A DNA stretch of 64,000 nucleotides from Naegleria gruberi (taxonomy: Eukaryota): NCBI GenBank assembly GCA_000004985.1, contig GG738846.1; one strand, written 5' to 3'. The position numbers and the translations under genes are program-made. Within the stretch, counting starts at the first letter, position 1, and every line of letters begins with the position of its first letter. Below the pieces are notes generated by a model. It did no database searches. It had not been told where the DNA came from and saw only the letters and a program-made list of their open reading frames with translations. Below, in pieces: positions 21,690 to 33,312 of the stretch.

Positions 21690-22658
21690 ATGCAAACAAC
21701 TCAACTCACTTTCGATCAAAGTAAATCCTCAATTCTCGTCTCTTTAGATAAGAAGAAATCTGATCAACATTGTAAACTTCTTTTGGAACAACTTGTTGGA
21801 AAGTTTCAATTCAGAAATAACAAATATACCTTCAGTGGATCATATGATCTTGCACAGTGGTTGGTTCTCTCTTTTGATTCAATGGTTAAGGAAGATGAAA
21901 AGTTTTTCACAGAGATTGTCATTCCAATAGTTGCATACATTTCAATTGTGGATGATGCTTGTGATGAGAAGATTACTGACATGTCTATTGCAGAGATGAA
22001 AGAACATTGTAAGATATTTAGAGGAGAAACAGTTCATGCTTCTCACTCTGCTCTCAAGATGGGACAATTTGTGTACAATCTAATCAGGGAAGAAAGATTC
22101 GAATGTATTAGAAGAAAGGTTTTGGAATTCCTGGTGACTGGAACTAATCTAATTGAAAAGGCAAAAAATAATAATGGACCAATCACTGAAGAAATATTGG
22201 CTAACTTTTTAGAGGAAAGAAGAATTGACTCCATGGCCTCTCTTTTCTTTACTATCAACAATATCTTTAACAAGATTCCATTAGAAATTGAAAGATGCGA
22301 TAATGTGCTCATTCAATATAATCACATGGCATGTGATACGATAAGTTTATTGAATGATGTTGCCTCCATTGCAAAAGATACCCAAAAGAAACTTGTCAAC
22401 AATTATGTAATATTGAATAAGGGAATGAAAGAGAACTTATCGTACAGTGAATTGAAACAACTCCCAATTGAAGCATTTGAATCTTCCGTGAATGAAGTTT
22501 TAGAATTAATCAATGCTAATTTGTTTCAAATGCAAACTATCAAATCCTCCAATCCATCCTTCTCCACACAATTCGGTTCAATCGATGAGGTCATGAAGGG
22601 ATACTGTAATTACAATCTGCAATTACAATATCAATTTTTTCTTTTGATAATATCTTAA
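21690..22658 (+). CDS. Class I terpene synthase (microbial-type TPS)
   Basis: Asp-rich motif IVDDACDE (DDxxD/E) and downstream NSE/DTE-like motif NDVASIAKD. Size about 320 aa, typical of microbial-type TPS. First ATG at 21690. The C-terminal 20 aa may be intron read-through (GTAATT at about 22606). Confidence 0.55.
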   Translation: MQTTQLTFDQSKSSILVSLDKKKSDQHCKLLLEQLVGKFQFRNNKYTFSGSYDLAQWLVLSFDSMVKEDEKFFTEIVIPIVAYISIVDDACDEKITDMSIAEMKEHCKIFRGETVHASHSALKMGQFVYNLIREERFECIRRKVLEFLVTGTNLIEKAKNNNGPITEEILANFLEERRIDSMASLFFTINNIFNKIPLEIERCDNVLIQYNHMACDTISLLNDVASIAKDTQKKLVNNYVILNKGMKENLSYSELKQLPIEAFESSVNEVLELINANLFQMQTIKSSNPSFSTQFGSIDEVMKGYCNYNLQLQYQFFLLIIS

Positions 22659-22802
22659 TGATTGACTTAATATCTCTTTCAAGAACAAAATATATCAAAA
22701 AAACTATTTCTACATGTCAATTTCTTTGAAGCGTTTTGCAAATTAAAGAAAAAATTAGATAGAAAAAGCTTGAATCTTTTTTGAGAAATTCAATCAAAAA
22801 AA

Positions 22803-24350
22803 ATGAAAAAAAGTCTTGCTCTCATTCGTCGTGCCGCTCTCTCCTCTCAAAAACAACAAGTTTCTGCCTTTAGAGGTGTCGGTGCCACACACATTCCTTG
22901 TTTGACCCAACAAGTGAGAGTAATGAATAATATTTATCAACAATCACGTTTCTTTTCTCAACATCAAATATTCTCCGAAGCAGAGCAGAAACAAGAAACT
23001 CCATCAGCAACAACACCAGCTGCTGAGGGACATCACTTATTAATTGATTTGGATGCTATTCGTTCAACACCAACTGAAGAGAGTTATCTTGAACATGTTA
23101 GCAAGATTATTCAGGATGGAAATAGTTTAATTCAAAAATTGGAAGGTTCTGCTAGTAAATTTAATATGAAAGGAGATGTAGGTGTTGTTGAAATTGAATT
23201 ATTCTCTTATAATATATTATTCTATTTTGTGTAATTCTAGGAAACACCATTGACCAAGATTGCCGGTCATTCAATTCCAAAGGAAATCTGGGATATTGTT
23301 AATGCTCTCCTTCAAAGAACATTTTTATATGTTCACATCTTTTCAAATGTTGAGAATGCAAAGAGTGACTTGGAAAAGTTAAAAACCATGTATGAAAGAT
23401 TAAATTTGATTGTCATTGTCAATAGTCAACATGATGCCAAGAAGGAAAATGATGAAACTGAAACTGAATATGAAATGGTTCAACGTTTACAACACACTAT
23501 CAAGTTGATTGAAAAGGAAAATGAAGTTTATGAAATTACAAATACTCTCATGGATTTACAAAGACGTAGTATGGAAATTGTTCAACCTACTGAATTTGAA
23601 CCATCAAGCAATCCTTTGGAAAATCAAATTTTGGAAGAAGCTTACAAAAAGCAAGACGCATCTTTGGAAAATCCAGGAATTGAAGAAATTAGAATCAAGG
23701 TTTTGGAATTATTGGAACGTCGTTATCATATTTATACCGAGTTTGGAAATGCTAAGGAGGCCCACACTGATTTGTGTAATGCTATTGAACTTTTGGAAGA
23801 AGACATTTTAAAGTTGGAACAAATTGAAGGAGTTGATCCTGAAAGATTGGAAAAGAGAAAATTATGGGTTGCTCGTCTCCTTGTTGATCGTGCTGAATTG
23901 TACTTTACCTTCTTGCACTCACTCTACCAAGGACCTCAAATTGAGGAATCTCTCGACAAGTCATTGACTCAAAAACAAAGAGCTGAAATTGTTCTCGAAG
24001 ATATTCACAGTAAGATTACTCAATTGGCCGATATGCTTGGTATTGAAGATGAAGATTTGAAGAATCCATCTCAATCAGCCTCCAAGAATGTTTCCATTGT
24101 AAAGGCAACCAAATATCAAGTTGAAGCTGACAATAGAATGAAGAGTGATCTCCAAGGTGCCATCAAACATGATCCAAAGATTTCTGAACATCACACCTCC
24201 TTCGCTACCATCCAAGATTTCATGAAAGAAATTGGAGATAAGAGAAAGAGAGCTGGTTTCATTTTGAGATTTATCATCATCTTCTTTATCATTTTTACTG
24301 TGGGTAATATTGTTTACATGAAGAGTAAGTCTGATTCTGAAAAGAAATAA
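22803..24350 (+). CDS. Hypothetical protein with N-terminal mitochondrial-presequence-like segment and C-terminal transmembrane anchor; 2 exons 22803..23177 and 23241..24350
   Basis: Intron 23178..23240 (GTAGGT...TCTAG) joins the two supplied ORFs in phase. N-terminus MKKSLALIRRAALSSQKQ is Arg-rich and amphipathic. C-terminal hydrophobic segment FILRFIIIFFIIFTVGNIVYM. Confidence 0.45.
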
Positions 24351-24433
24351 ATTTAAGCTTTTTCTCTAAATTTTAAAAGATAAAATCAATTTTAAATTTT
24401 CATAAATCGAAAAAAGTTTAAAATTCAAAAAAA

Positions 24434-26482
24434 ATGAAAAAACTCAAATCATCAGCCAAAGAATTATCATCATCGGAGGATAAAAGTGATGAATGGAAAA
24501 AACTATTCAAAGAATTGGATGATTTATTACTGGGAGGAATAACAGATCAAATTAATAATTTATGTTCATATTTTCGGAATGAAATTGTTAAACATTTATC
24601 AATTAATGATGATAACAATGATTTGATTCGTGATTTTGGAGATGAATCAACATTTGATATTTCTACAATGAGTGTAAATCAGATAAGAGAAAAATTTGGA
24701 GATAAATCGAGTATTGATTTACCAGAACAAATGCAACAATTACTTGTTGAATACACCTTGTTGCCAGTTTGTAGAATTCCAGTGGATCCTAAACCTTCAT
24801 CCAAGTTTAGTCTTTCTTTCATTAATGAAGTTCTTTTCAAGCAATTTCAATTGAATACTGTATTTTCGGAAAATGTGAATCATTTGTTTTCTACAATTAT
24901 AATACCTTTATTAACAGATGGGGATTTTACAAATGAGGAATATCAGAAAAAACTAGGGAAAAAGATTGACGAATTGAAGAGTGAAAAAAAGAAACAATTT
25001 ATAGAGTTTTTAAATTCTTACTTTGCTTCATTGGTATTCTTTTGTCAATTTGAGTTATTGAAACAGTTGAGCGAGTGGCTGTTTCTATTTTCTAATAGTA
25101 TCAAATTGTGGATCATTAAGAGTTTTTTTACCAAGTTTTTGACAACTTCACAGAGTAAATGTCAACCTTTACGAGAACTAGCCCAGAAAGTTCTCTCCAA
25201 ACATCAAAGTTTAATCATTAAGGAGGAAGGCCACTATGTAAAACACAATGTAAATAATCACTTCTTGACTGATCAAATCACAGAGGAGGATGCTGAATCC
25301 CTGGTGAAACCTCCAACAACCAAGGCTCAAGTGGCCTCTCAACTCGTACTCAAATTATTGGATATGAGTCTCAATGAATACTCTCAGGAGGAAAGAAAGA
25401 AATCAGAATGCCTTAGGCACTGCATTGAAATTTTAAAGTATGGAAATCTTCACTCCATCATGGATGATTCTTCAACAAGTGATGAGAAGAGCAAATCCAT
25501 TCCTATCTCAAAATCACTGAGAGGATACTCAATTCTAATATCAAGTGAGTATGGACAGGAAATGATGGAAAAGCTATGGCCAATGCTTTATGGATTCATT
25601 GAGAATTACACTTCAGAACTGGAAAAACCAACAAGAATTTCACACCAAATAGGTCTGCAACTTTTATCACTCTTTGATTTGGTATATCCATCTATTGAGA
25701 AGAGTCAAGTAGCCAACTACTTTTACCTCAACGACTGTTTTTTACCACTCACTATGAAATTACTAAAAGTACTCAATTCTAGATTTGAAACAGATTCAAG
25801 CCAATCTGTAACTATGGAAATCAAGTTAGCCAATAGAGCTTTACGAGTATTTGTCAAGCATTCGACCAAAACGAGTAATAATCTGGATGCTGTTCAATTC
25901 TTTCAAGTTATTCAAGAACCAAGTCATTGCAGCAAGTTGAAAATTAAGAAATTCATTACGGATATTTCAGATGGACTTGTATTCGAATCCCTGCTTCATC
26001 CTTCTAAATACTTGCTACGAGATAGTATGTCCTCACAGAAAACAGAAGAGTTGTACAAGTCTTTGGAGAAAACATTGTTGGTTTGGTCCAATTTCTTCCT
26101 CTATCTTTATAATGCATGTTGTCTGGAGAGAACACCAGAGAGGAAAATATTGGACCCATTCGAAGATGAAGATCAACAAGAGCAACAGAATGAAGTAAGT
26201 GAGGCCACTCGAAAATATCGTCATGTGGACAAGCTCAATATTATTTTCACTCAACTTGTGGAATGTGCTTGCATGTTCGATTACAATCACTTTGTTCACA
26301 AATCACTTTCTGATTCACCAATCGGTAAATTTGCTCACCTTGCAAAGAAGGCCGAAAGTTTGAATGAACTAGTGAGAGCCATTCTCGTTGTCATTTTACA
26401 GAAACCATTCATTGTGGATGGTATTTTGAGTAGAGAGAATTTAAATGTCATTTCAGAAAGACTTGGAATTACCTCAGAGTAA
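24434..26482 (+). CDS. Hypothetical 682-aa protein, probably alpha-helical repeat; no confident family assignment
   Basis: Single long ORF with an ATG start and codon usage consistent with its neighbours. Confidence 0.4.
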   Translation: MKKLKSSAKELSSSEDKSDEWKKLFKELDDLLLGGITDQINNLCSYFRNEIVKHLSINDDNNDLIRDFGDESTFDISTMSVNQIREKFGDKSSIDLPEQMQQLLVEYTLLPVCRIPVDPKPSSKFSLSFINEVLFKQFQLNTVFSENVNHLFSTIIIPLLTDGDFTNEEYQKKLGKKIDELKSEKKKQFIEFLNSYFASLVFFCQFELLKQLSEWLFLFSNSIKLWIIKSFFTKFLTTSQSKCQPLRELAQKVLSKHQSLIIKEEGHYVKHNVNNHFLTDQITEEDAESLVKPPTTKAQVASQLVLKLLDMSLNEYSQEERKKSECLRHCIEILKYGNLHSIMDDSSTSDEKSKSIPISKSLRGYSILISSEYGQEMMEKLWPMLYGFIENYTSELEKPTRISHQIGLQLLSLFDLVYPSIEKSQVANYFYLNDCFLPLTMKLLKVLNSRFETDSSQSVTMEIKLANRALRVFVKHSTKTSNNLDAVQFFQVIQEPSHCSKLKIKKFITDISDGLVFESLLHPSKYLLRDSMSSQKTEELYKSLEKTLLVWSNFFLYLYNACCLERTPERKILDPFEDEDQQEQQNEVSEATRKYRHVDKLNIIFTQLVECACMFDYNHFVHKSLSDSPIGKFAHLAKKAESLNELVRAILVVILQKPFIVDGILSRENLNVISERLGITSE

Positions 26483-26582
26483 ATTATAGGATTTTCAAAA
26501 AGAAGATGGAGAAAGATAATTTGAATAGAGATAACATTTCTTTTGTTGAGAAATACACGTATTTATTTCATCAACTTAATTT

Positions 26583-27445
26583 TTATTGATCTTTTAGATC
26601 AGTGACAATTCCAATAAATTTGTACTTTTCGTGATCATCATAAAACTTGACCCAATCTTCAATACTTTGCATTTGTTCTTGTGTGAAATCCGAATATTTA
26701 GATTGAACACTTGTGCATTCCTCCTTTTCTTCATCAAAGCAACTTTTTAAAAATGTATCCATAAATCTATTGAAATATTACATACCCTGTTACAAATGAT
26801 CTTGTACCATCTCTACCAGCAAAGAAGTGATAACCTCCTTCCATTCCATAATAACTTTTACCTTCACTAAGTTTCGGATATTGATAAAATAATTATTGAA
26901 ATAATCATTATTTAGAGAATTGATGAGATAGACAATTAATAAGAGAGCTCACAAATATATACAAACCTAACATCATAAACTCTTCCTTTAATTGCCAACA
27001 AGAGTGGCAAACTTTCATCCTTTCCATTATAATGTTTCAACTCTTCTTGTGTAAATTTGAAATAATCCTTAGCATGACTTCCTCCACTACTCTTGTATGG
27101 TAACTTGTATGTAGTAAAATCAACTTTAAATTCACTAGGAACAGATAGCACTGAAGAAGAAGCCTCTTTCTTCCCGTGGAATGTAGCCAAATACCACTTG
27201 ACAAATTTTTGTTTAAATTCCTGATTATTCTTATATTGATAGATAAAGTACAATGTCCAGAATATGGCACTATAAATTAGAAAGTACATAATTAAACGTG
27301 GAATTGAAGTTTGTTTCCTTGATGATTCAAATTCTTTAGAGTTTGATCTTCCTTCATGTTGTTGTTGTTCATGATCCGATGCTGCTGATGTATTATCATC
27401 ATGAACTTTTGGAACATCAGAATTGATCGTCTTGTTATTGATCAT
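26583..27445 (-). CDS. Membrane-associated progesterone receptor component / cytochrome b5-like steroid-binding protein (MAPR/Dap1 family); 3 exons 27445..26967, 26866..26786, 26742..26583
   Basis: Spliced product reads FTQEELKHYNGKDESLPLLLAIKGRVYDVSEGKSYYGMEGGYHFFAGRDGTRSFVTGCFDEE...QMQSIEDWVKFYDDHEKYKFIG, matching MAPR family order. Introns 26867..26966 (GTTTGT) and 26743..26785 (GTATGT, 43 nt). N-terminal transmembrane segment present. Confidence 0.7.
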
Positions 27446-27513
27446 TTTTTTTTAATAAATTATTAAATATTTAAATAATATTATTTAATGGATAATAATT
27501 ATTGTAAAAAAAA
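27446..27513. promoter_or_regulatory. 68-bp AT-rich divergent intergenic region shared by MAPR (minus) and KDSR (plus) start codons; putative bidirectional promoter
   Basis: ATG of the minus gene is at 27445 and ATG of the plus gene at 27514. Sequence is almost pure A/T. Confidence 0.3.
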
Positions 27514-28730
27514 ATGAGTTTATTGTGGACGTTCATGTTGCAACCCATGTTGGTGATTGGTAGTGCTCTATCAGTGGTTCACTTACTTCACTACTTGTTT
27601 ATTCAAAGAAAAAAGATGAAACATTCAATGGAAGGAAAAACTGTTTTAATTACTGGAGGATCGACTGGTATTGGATTAGGTAGGTGTTTGTAATGGTGTT
27701 GAATCATTCCGATCATGATGATTATTTTGAATATTATATTTAATAATAATATTATTATAATATTGTATTTATAACATTAATTGTATTTATTGTATTTAAT
27801 AATGATGATGAAATTTTAAAATAATATATAGGTATTGGTATTGAATGTTTAAAACAAAAGGCTAAAACATTGATTATTGTTGCAAGAAATCAAGAAAAAT
27901 TGGAACAAGCAAAGAAGGAATTACAAGAATATTGTAAAGGAAAGCAAGAAGTTATTATTCATTCATGTGATGTTGGTGATGAGGATCAAGTTGACAAGAT
28001 GATTGAACATTTATATTCAAGTGCTATTGAAAATGTTGATTATTTATTTATTAACCAAGGATTGTCAATTCCAGGATATATTCTCTCACAAAAGATGGAG
28101 GATTTCAAATATCAAATGAATTTGAATTATTTCAGTCATGTCATGCTTTCAAAGAAATTTATTCCTAAAATGATGGATTTGGAAGCTGCTAGTGGTGGAG
28201 CATTTGATAGACATGTCATTTTCGTTGGATCAGCATGTTCAATTGCATCATTTGTTGGATATGGATCTTATTCACCAACCAAGTATGCTATTAAGGGTTA
28301 TGCTGAAGCTCTTCGTAATGAATTATTGGGAACTAATATTAGAGTTCACTTGGCTTTACCTGTTGATACAGATACTGAAGGATTCAAGAAGGAAAATGAA
28401 ACAAAACCAAAGGAATGTGCAATCTTGTCAAGTCTCTCTGGATTACAAACCTATATTGAATCAGGTTCAATGCTTGTAAAGAATTTATTGAAATCTTCCA
28501 TTCAATTCTATGTCATTTCCTCATTCGACACCTACCTTCAAATTGTTGGAGCTACTCTTGGTGTAGGACCATGTGTAAATAGATTCAACTATCCAATGAT
28601 TGATATGTTCACATCAAGTTTATTCATTCCTTCTGTCATTTTGAGAAGTATTGCCTATTATTTCGATCATGTAAGTGAAAAGGCTGCACACACTCATAGA
28701 AATGAAATTTTCAAACAATTACAAAAATAA
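27514..28730 (+). CDS. 3-ketodihydrosphingosine reductase (KDSR/Tsc10-like short-chain dehydrogenase); 2 exons 27514..27679 and 27832..28730
   Basis: N-terminal transmembrane segment. TGGSTGIGLGIGIEC cofactor motif is reconstituted across the intron (27680..27831, GTAGGT...TATAG). ARNQEKLEQAKKEL, the YSPTK catalytic Y-x-x-x-K and LPVDTDTEGFKKENETKP closely parallel KDSR. Confidence 0.75.
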
Positions 28731-28884
28731 CAACTCCCATTATTTATCAATAGTTTATATAATATCTATACGAAACCATACTGAACATTTTACAAAGTGT
28801 TGCTGTATCAATATTGAGATACCTATTGGTGTTGCTGATTACAATTTTCCATTACAATCAAGGTTCACCAAAGTAACAAAAAAA

Positions 28885-29817
28885 ATGTCACAACACGAAC
28901 ACTACAACCACACACTAATTTTCAATGAAAATAATCATCATTCAATGTGGCCAAATCAATTTGATCCGACACTGAAAAGTAAATTCATTGAAAAGATGCA
29001 AAAACCAAAAATTACGAATTTTTCATACAAGTTTGAAATTTTGCAAAAGTTTGGTCCCATTCTAACCCAACAATTTGAAATGTGCTATTCAAAGAATTTA
29101 ATGATAGCAAGGACCATGCTTTCGAATGCATCTCTTCTCTTTTTCGATATGAATACAAAGGAATTGCTTCAATCAGTGCCATTGAAATTAAATCCAGAAT
29201 TAGATAAGTTTATTTTGGAGGAAAGAAGAGACGGCTCTTGTTATATCTATGCAATATTGAGAGATTATTCAGTGGCTTGCTATGATTTGGATGAAATTAT
29301 GAAATTGCAGAAGTTTGGAAATCCAAAATGGAGGGTCGAATCGATGGGAACTGAAATTGATATTTCCATTAAGCATTCAATTCTATTTGTGATTCATCCA
29401 TTCAGAGAGGAAGTAACACTGTTGCGAGTAGAGGATGGAAGTGTTCTTGCTAGACATCCTTGTTTGTGGGGAAAGAATGAGTCAAAAGTTTTCAAATTCT
29501 GTGATGATGAGAATTCAACACTGTTTCACACTCTGGGGAATGAAGGAGTTATTGAAGGATTGAAATTTAATAAGGATTTCTCTCAAATAATTGAGAAATT
29601 CAAGATACCATATCATGATTGGTTGGTCAGTTGTATTGTTTTTGAGGAACAGACAGGAAATATGATTGCTTTGGGAAATCAATTAACTATATTTGATAAT
29701 AAGCTTAATATTTTACATGAGTTTTCAAATGTAGGAGGAAATCACATGAGATTTGATAGAAAACAGGGACATGTATTAATATGTGGAAGTCCCTCACATA
29801 TTATTGTCTACAAATGA
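28885..29817 (+). CDS. Hypothetical protein (about 310 aa), no recognisable domain
   Basis: First in-frame ATG at 28885 (track start at 28675 is non-ATG). Clean ORF to TGA/TAA at 29817. Confidence 0.4.
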   Translation: MSQHEHYNHTLIFNENNHHSMWPNQFDPTLKSKFIEKMQKPKITNFSYKFEILQKFGPILTQQFEMCYSKNLMIARTMLSNASLLFFDMNTKELLQSVPLKLNPELDKFILEERRDGSCYIYAILRDYSVACYDLDEIMKLQKFGNPKWRVESMGTEIDISIKHSILFVIHPFREEVTLLRVEDGSVLARHPCLWGKNESKVFKFCDDENSTLFHTLGNEGVIEGLKFNKDFSQIIEKFKIPYHDWLVSCIVFEEQTGNMIALGNQLTIFDNKLNILHEFSNVGGNHMRFDRKQGHVLICGSPSHIIVYK

Positions 29818-30179
29818 TCTATATCTCATGAGGTGCCTAAAATAATATTTGAGTGAAACTTTTATTGGATTGGAATTTGCTGGATATTGTGTTTGACCTG
29901 ACCACACTTTGTATTTTCAGGTGTGTTTAGTACAACAGTACTTTACTCTGTTTATTTTAATGAAAATCAAAATTAAGCTTTGGTCAAGTTTTTAAATGGC
30001 CCTTAATATTGGAATAACAACCATGGATACAATTTACATCAACAGGTTTTGATACAATTTACTAGTTTCGGTACTGATATATAGCACTCTCACTAACTGA
30101 TGTGGTATGATCGATGTAATCAAAATAGGAAGAGATGGTTTAGAAACTTGTTTTACAGAGATAAGTTCCAAAATAAAAA

Positions 30180-31310
30180 ATGGCAGCTGACAATAACAAT
30201 GAAACCTACACAAAAGAACAATTAATAACATCTAGTGTTGGCCTAACAACTAATTCTATCGGGTTTATAATATTTCTAATCATATCACTCTTCATGCTAA
30301 CTGTTTTCATAATGAATTACAAAAAAATGGTGTACAATAAGAAATTACTATATTTAGTCGTTTTGCTAGTGTTGGCATTGCAAGAATGCTTTCAACTCTC
30401 AGTGGTGAGCACAACTTTATCAATACTGTTCAATTCTGGAGTGATTTTTCCTTGTATTAGTTTTAGTTCAGAGTTGTCACTTTTTTTCTTGACCATTGTA
30501 ATGTACACCAATTGTCAGAGCGTAATTACAAAGATTTTGTATGAATTGTATTTCAACAAAGCACATGAGTGGATGAGAATGAATGCAAATAACCAAAAAG
30601 CAGCACTTGGGGTCAAATGGTCCAGTATTTCCATTCTTGCAATACTCAATTTGACATTTATATTACTTGTTCCCTTTTTGTTTGCTTTGGTGTTTTTTAT
30701 TTTTGATTCAGAAAAGAAATTGACGATATCTGAACATGCCTTCAAGATTGTTTCAGCTGTTTCTAATGTGTTTTTAGTAACTTTCCTAGTGAGCACTTGT
30801 ATTGCAACCTTTTTTTTCACATTCCTTAATATGGTAATTGTTGTCTTGCTGATTAGGAAATTAATTTTAAATCAAAGGTTTCCAGTTACAGAGCAAAGAA
30901 GAAAGGGCTGCAGAAATTTACTAATACTTTCATTTGGTCAACTCTACGTTGCACTTCTCAATGTTCTAGTTCTAATACTTGCTTTTTTAGGAGTAGTTGT
31001 GTATTTCCCATTGTTTCATGTTAGTTTGATCATTCAAAAGGTTGCCATGTTGTGTTTTTGTGTTGTTGTTACGTTTTCATTTGGTCCATTAGATCATATC
31101 ATTCTAGAATTCAGAAATAGCTCACAACAAGTGGCAAATGTTGAAATAATTCAAAAAAGAGATGAAATATCCCAACAAGTGGCTTCCAATTATTCAGAAA
31201 TTGTCAGAAAGGAGGAATTCAGGGAGGAAGAATCAACTCCAACAACCAATAGTGAAATACCAATAATGGTTGACGCTGTTGAGATTTTCACAGAAATTCC
31301 ACTTGATTGA
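30180..31310 (+). CDS. Seven-transmembrane receptor-like membrane protein
   Basis: ATG at 30180. Seven hydrophobic segments of 19-26 aa separated by short loops. Acidic, Glu-rich C-terminal tail. Confidence 0.5.
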   Translation: MAADNNNETYTKEQLITSSVGLTTNSIGFIIFLIISLFMLTVFIMNYKKMVYNKKLLYLVVLLVLALQECFQLSVVSTTLSILFNSGVIFPCISFSSELSLFFLTIVMYTNCQSVITKILYELYFNKAHEWMRMNANNQKAALGVKWSSISILAILNLTFILLVPFLFALVFFIFDSEKKLTISEHAFKIVSAVSNVFLVTFLVSTCIATFFFTFLNMVIVVLLIRKLILNQRFPVTEQRRKGCRNLLILSFGQLYVALLNVLVLILAFLGVVVYFPLFHVSLIIQKVAMLCFCVVVTFSFGPLDHIILEFRNSSQQVANVEIIQKRDEISQQVASNYSEIVRKEEFREEESTPTTNSEIPIMVDAVEIFTEIPLD

Positions 31311-31824
31311 ACTTTAAGTTCCATTTCCATTGTGCAAAGATAATTCATCTTCATTTGATGTGGTAGTAGATCTCTCCAATTACAAGTATTGATGTTCATC
31401 TGTTCCCTTAATATTTAAATATAATAAAAAAATGCAACGATTTAATCGCTTTATGGATCATTTAATGATGTCCTCTGATAGTAGAGCAACCTCTGATGAT
31501 ATTGATATTAAATTGGATAAGATTATTGTTGGAGGGCAAACGGTTGTTCCCGTTAAAGATGATGATCAAGTCAATAAATCAAATCATCACTCAGTGCAGA
31601 ATGATCGTTCGGATCCGATAATACATGAAGATTTGAATAGCAATGAAACATTATTTGTTAAACCAAAAAATCATTGAGACAATGGTTTTTGCCTATAGTA
31701 TTCTCGAGTTGTAAAAAGAACGTGCTTATTAATTATCAAAATACTAATTTTTTCTAAATTAGTATTTAGAATAAATTGTTTTAAAAATTCATAGCGATCT
31801 AATTGGCGCAACTAATTTTAATAA

Positions 31825-33144
31825 TTAACAATTATTCATAATAAGACTCAATTCACCATCATCTTCCCATGATAATCCTAAACTTCCCTTGTGAACTTCT
31901 GAAATGTGATCAGATTTTAAGTGGAAGGATACTTTAATTCCATAACTAGTATTAGAGTTCAAATGTTGTTTGAATAGATTGGAATGAATGGACCTAGAAA
32001 ACGATGTTGAAATTTGTGTTGGTAATAATTTTCCAGAATTATCAGATACTCTATTATTCTTTACATGAATGGTATGGTAAGGTACAAGTTCGAAAGCTAT
32101 TGTCTTAAAATCAATCTCCAAAAAGGTTATTTTTACAAAAATTGTAATCGAATCCAATACTGAAATTGGACGTTGTTCTCTATAGGTACCATAATATTTA
32201 AACGTATTTGATTCCAATAAATTATTAAAGTTTACAAGCAATCCATTCAAATTCAAATTATATGTAATATTTTGAGTGTTATCAACTAATCTGAATAGAC
32301 CCAGTTGGGAAACTAGATAATCATAATTATTATATTTTGGTATAAAGAAAAATGGGAAAAGAGGCTTGAAATCAAACCAATCATTTTCTAGAGTGAGTAA
32401 ATTTACATCAATATTTCTTTGGAAAGCTAACTTTTCATCTCTCATTAGTGAATTGACCAAATAGACTTGTTGAGATGAGTTTGTTTTTGCTTCTTTCAGA
32501 TCATTCTTAATGTTTTTCAGTAAACTTTCAACTTGTGCTTTTGAAACTTGAGTAGTTTTAAATGTTATACTCTCATCATTGGATTGATGAATGTGAGAAA
32601 CCAATTCTTTGGTTTTTGATTTAACTTTACTAGCAGAATCATCGGAATCTGTTGAAGAAGAGTGCATATCCTCATCACTTGATGAAAATGATTTCTTGAA
32701 TAATTTTCCAGCAATCTTTTTTGGTTTTTCAACTTTCTTTTCCACATTTTTATGAGATGATGATGATGGTGAATCACTGCTACTACTACTATCGGATATA
32801 ATCTCTGTTTTTATATTTTCTTTTTTAAATAATTTTCCTCCCTTGCTATTATTTACTTCTTTGTTATTCTTATTATTATCATTTAATTTACTATCACTCT
32901 TATTTAATTTGGTATTATTATTATTATTATTATTATTAATATTATTTAATTTAGAATTATTTGTACTAGAATTATTATTACTTGTTGTTGTAGAGTGAGC
33001 CTTGTTATTATTATTTAACACCATTTCCTCATCAGAAGAAGATTGCGTTTTATCCAAAGGTTTTTCCACATTTTTCAGATGAGGATTCACCCTATAAAAG
33101 TCTCCCAATTTTCTCTTTAATTTCTGAACAGGATTTTCTAACAT
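31825..33144 (-). CDS. Hypothetical Asn/Ser-rich protein with structured C-terminal domain
   Basis: Track start at 33192 is GTG; first ATG gives MLENPVQKLKRK at about 33144. Long poly-Asn tract encoded by (ATT)n on the plus strand around 32900. Confidence 0.4.
   Translation of the reverse strand: MLENPVQKLKRKLGDFYRVNPHLKNVEKPLDKTQSSSDEEMVLNNNNKAHSTTTSNNNSSTNNSKLNNINNNNNNNNTKLNKSDSKLNDNNKNNKEVNNSKGGKLFKKENIKTEIISDSSSSSDSPSSSSHKNVEKKVEKPKKIAGKLFKKSFSSSDEDMHSSSTDSDDSASKVKSKTKELVSHIHQSNDESITFKTTQVSKAQVESLLKNIKNDLKEAKTNSSQQVYLVNSLMRDEKLAFQRNIDVNLLTLENDWFDFKPLFPFFFIPKYNNYDYLVSQLGLFRLVDNTQNITYNLNLNGLLVNFNNLLESNTFKYYGTYREQRPISVLDSITIFVKITFLEIDFKTIAFELVPYHTIHVKNNRVSDNSGKLLPTQISTSFSRSIHSNLFKQHLNSNTSYGIKVSFHLKSDHISEVHKGSLGLSWEDDGELSLIMNNC
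32913..32945. repeat. Trinucleotide (TTA/ATT)n microsatellite inside coding sequence (poly-Asn tract on minus strand)
   Basis: ggtattattattattattattattattaatatt read directly in the sequence. Confidence 0.6.
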
Positions 33145-33312
33145 TTTTTTATCATAATTGTTTTTATCAATTCCAAATAAACTCTGAAGCACAATACTCT
33201 ACACTGTTCAATATTTTCGATATTATGATCATGATTAGACAATGAATATTTTATAACAAGATTACCTGAGTGATAGGATCATCTCTTTATCAAGCCTTAT
33301 GCATTTGAAAAA

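Noticed and set aside
27700-27835. AT-rich repetitive stretch (tgtatttat / aataatatt reiterations) looked like a possible transposon remnant or satellite
   Set aside because: It lies entirely within the KDSR intron, has no terminal inverted repeats or coding capacity, and resembles ordinary low-complexity A/T intron sequence.
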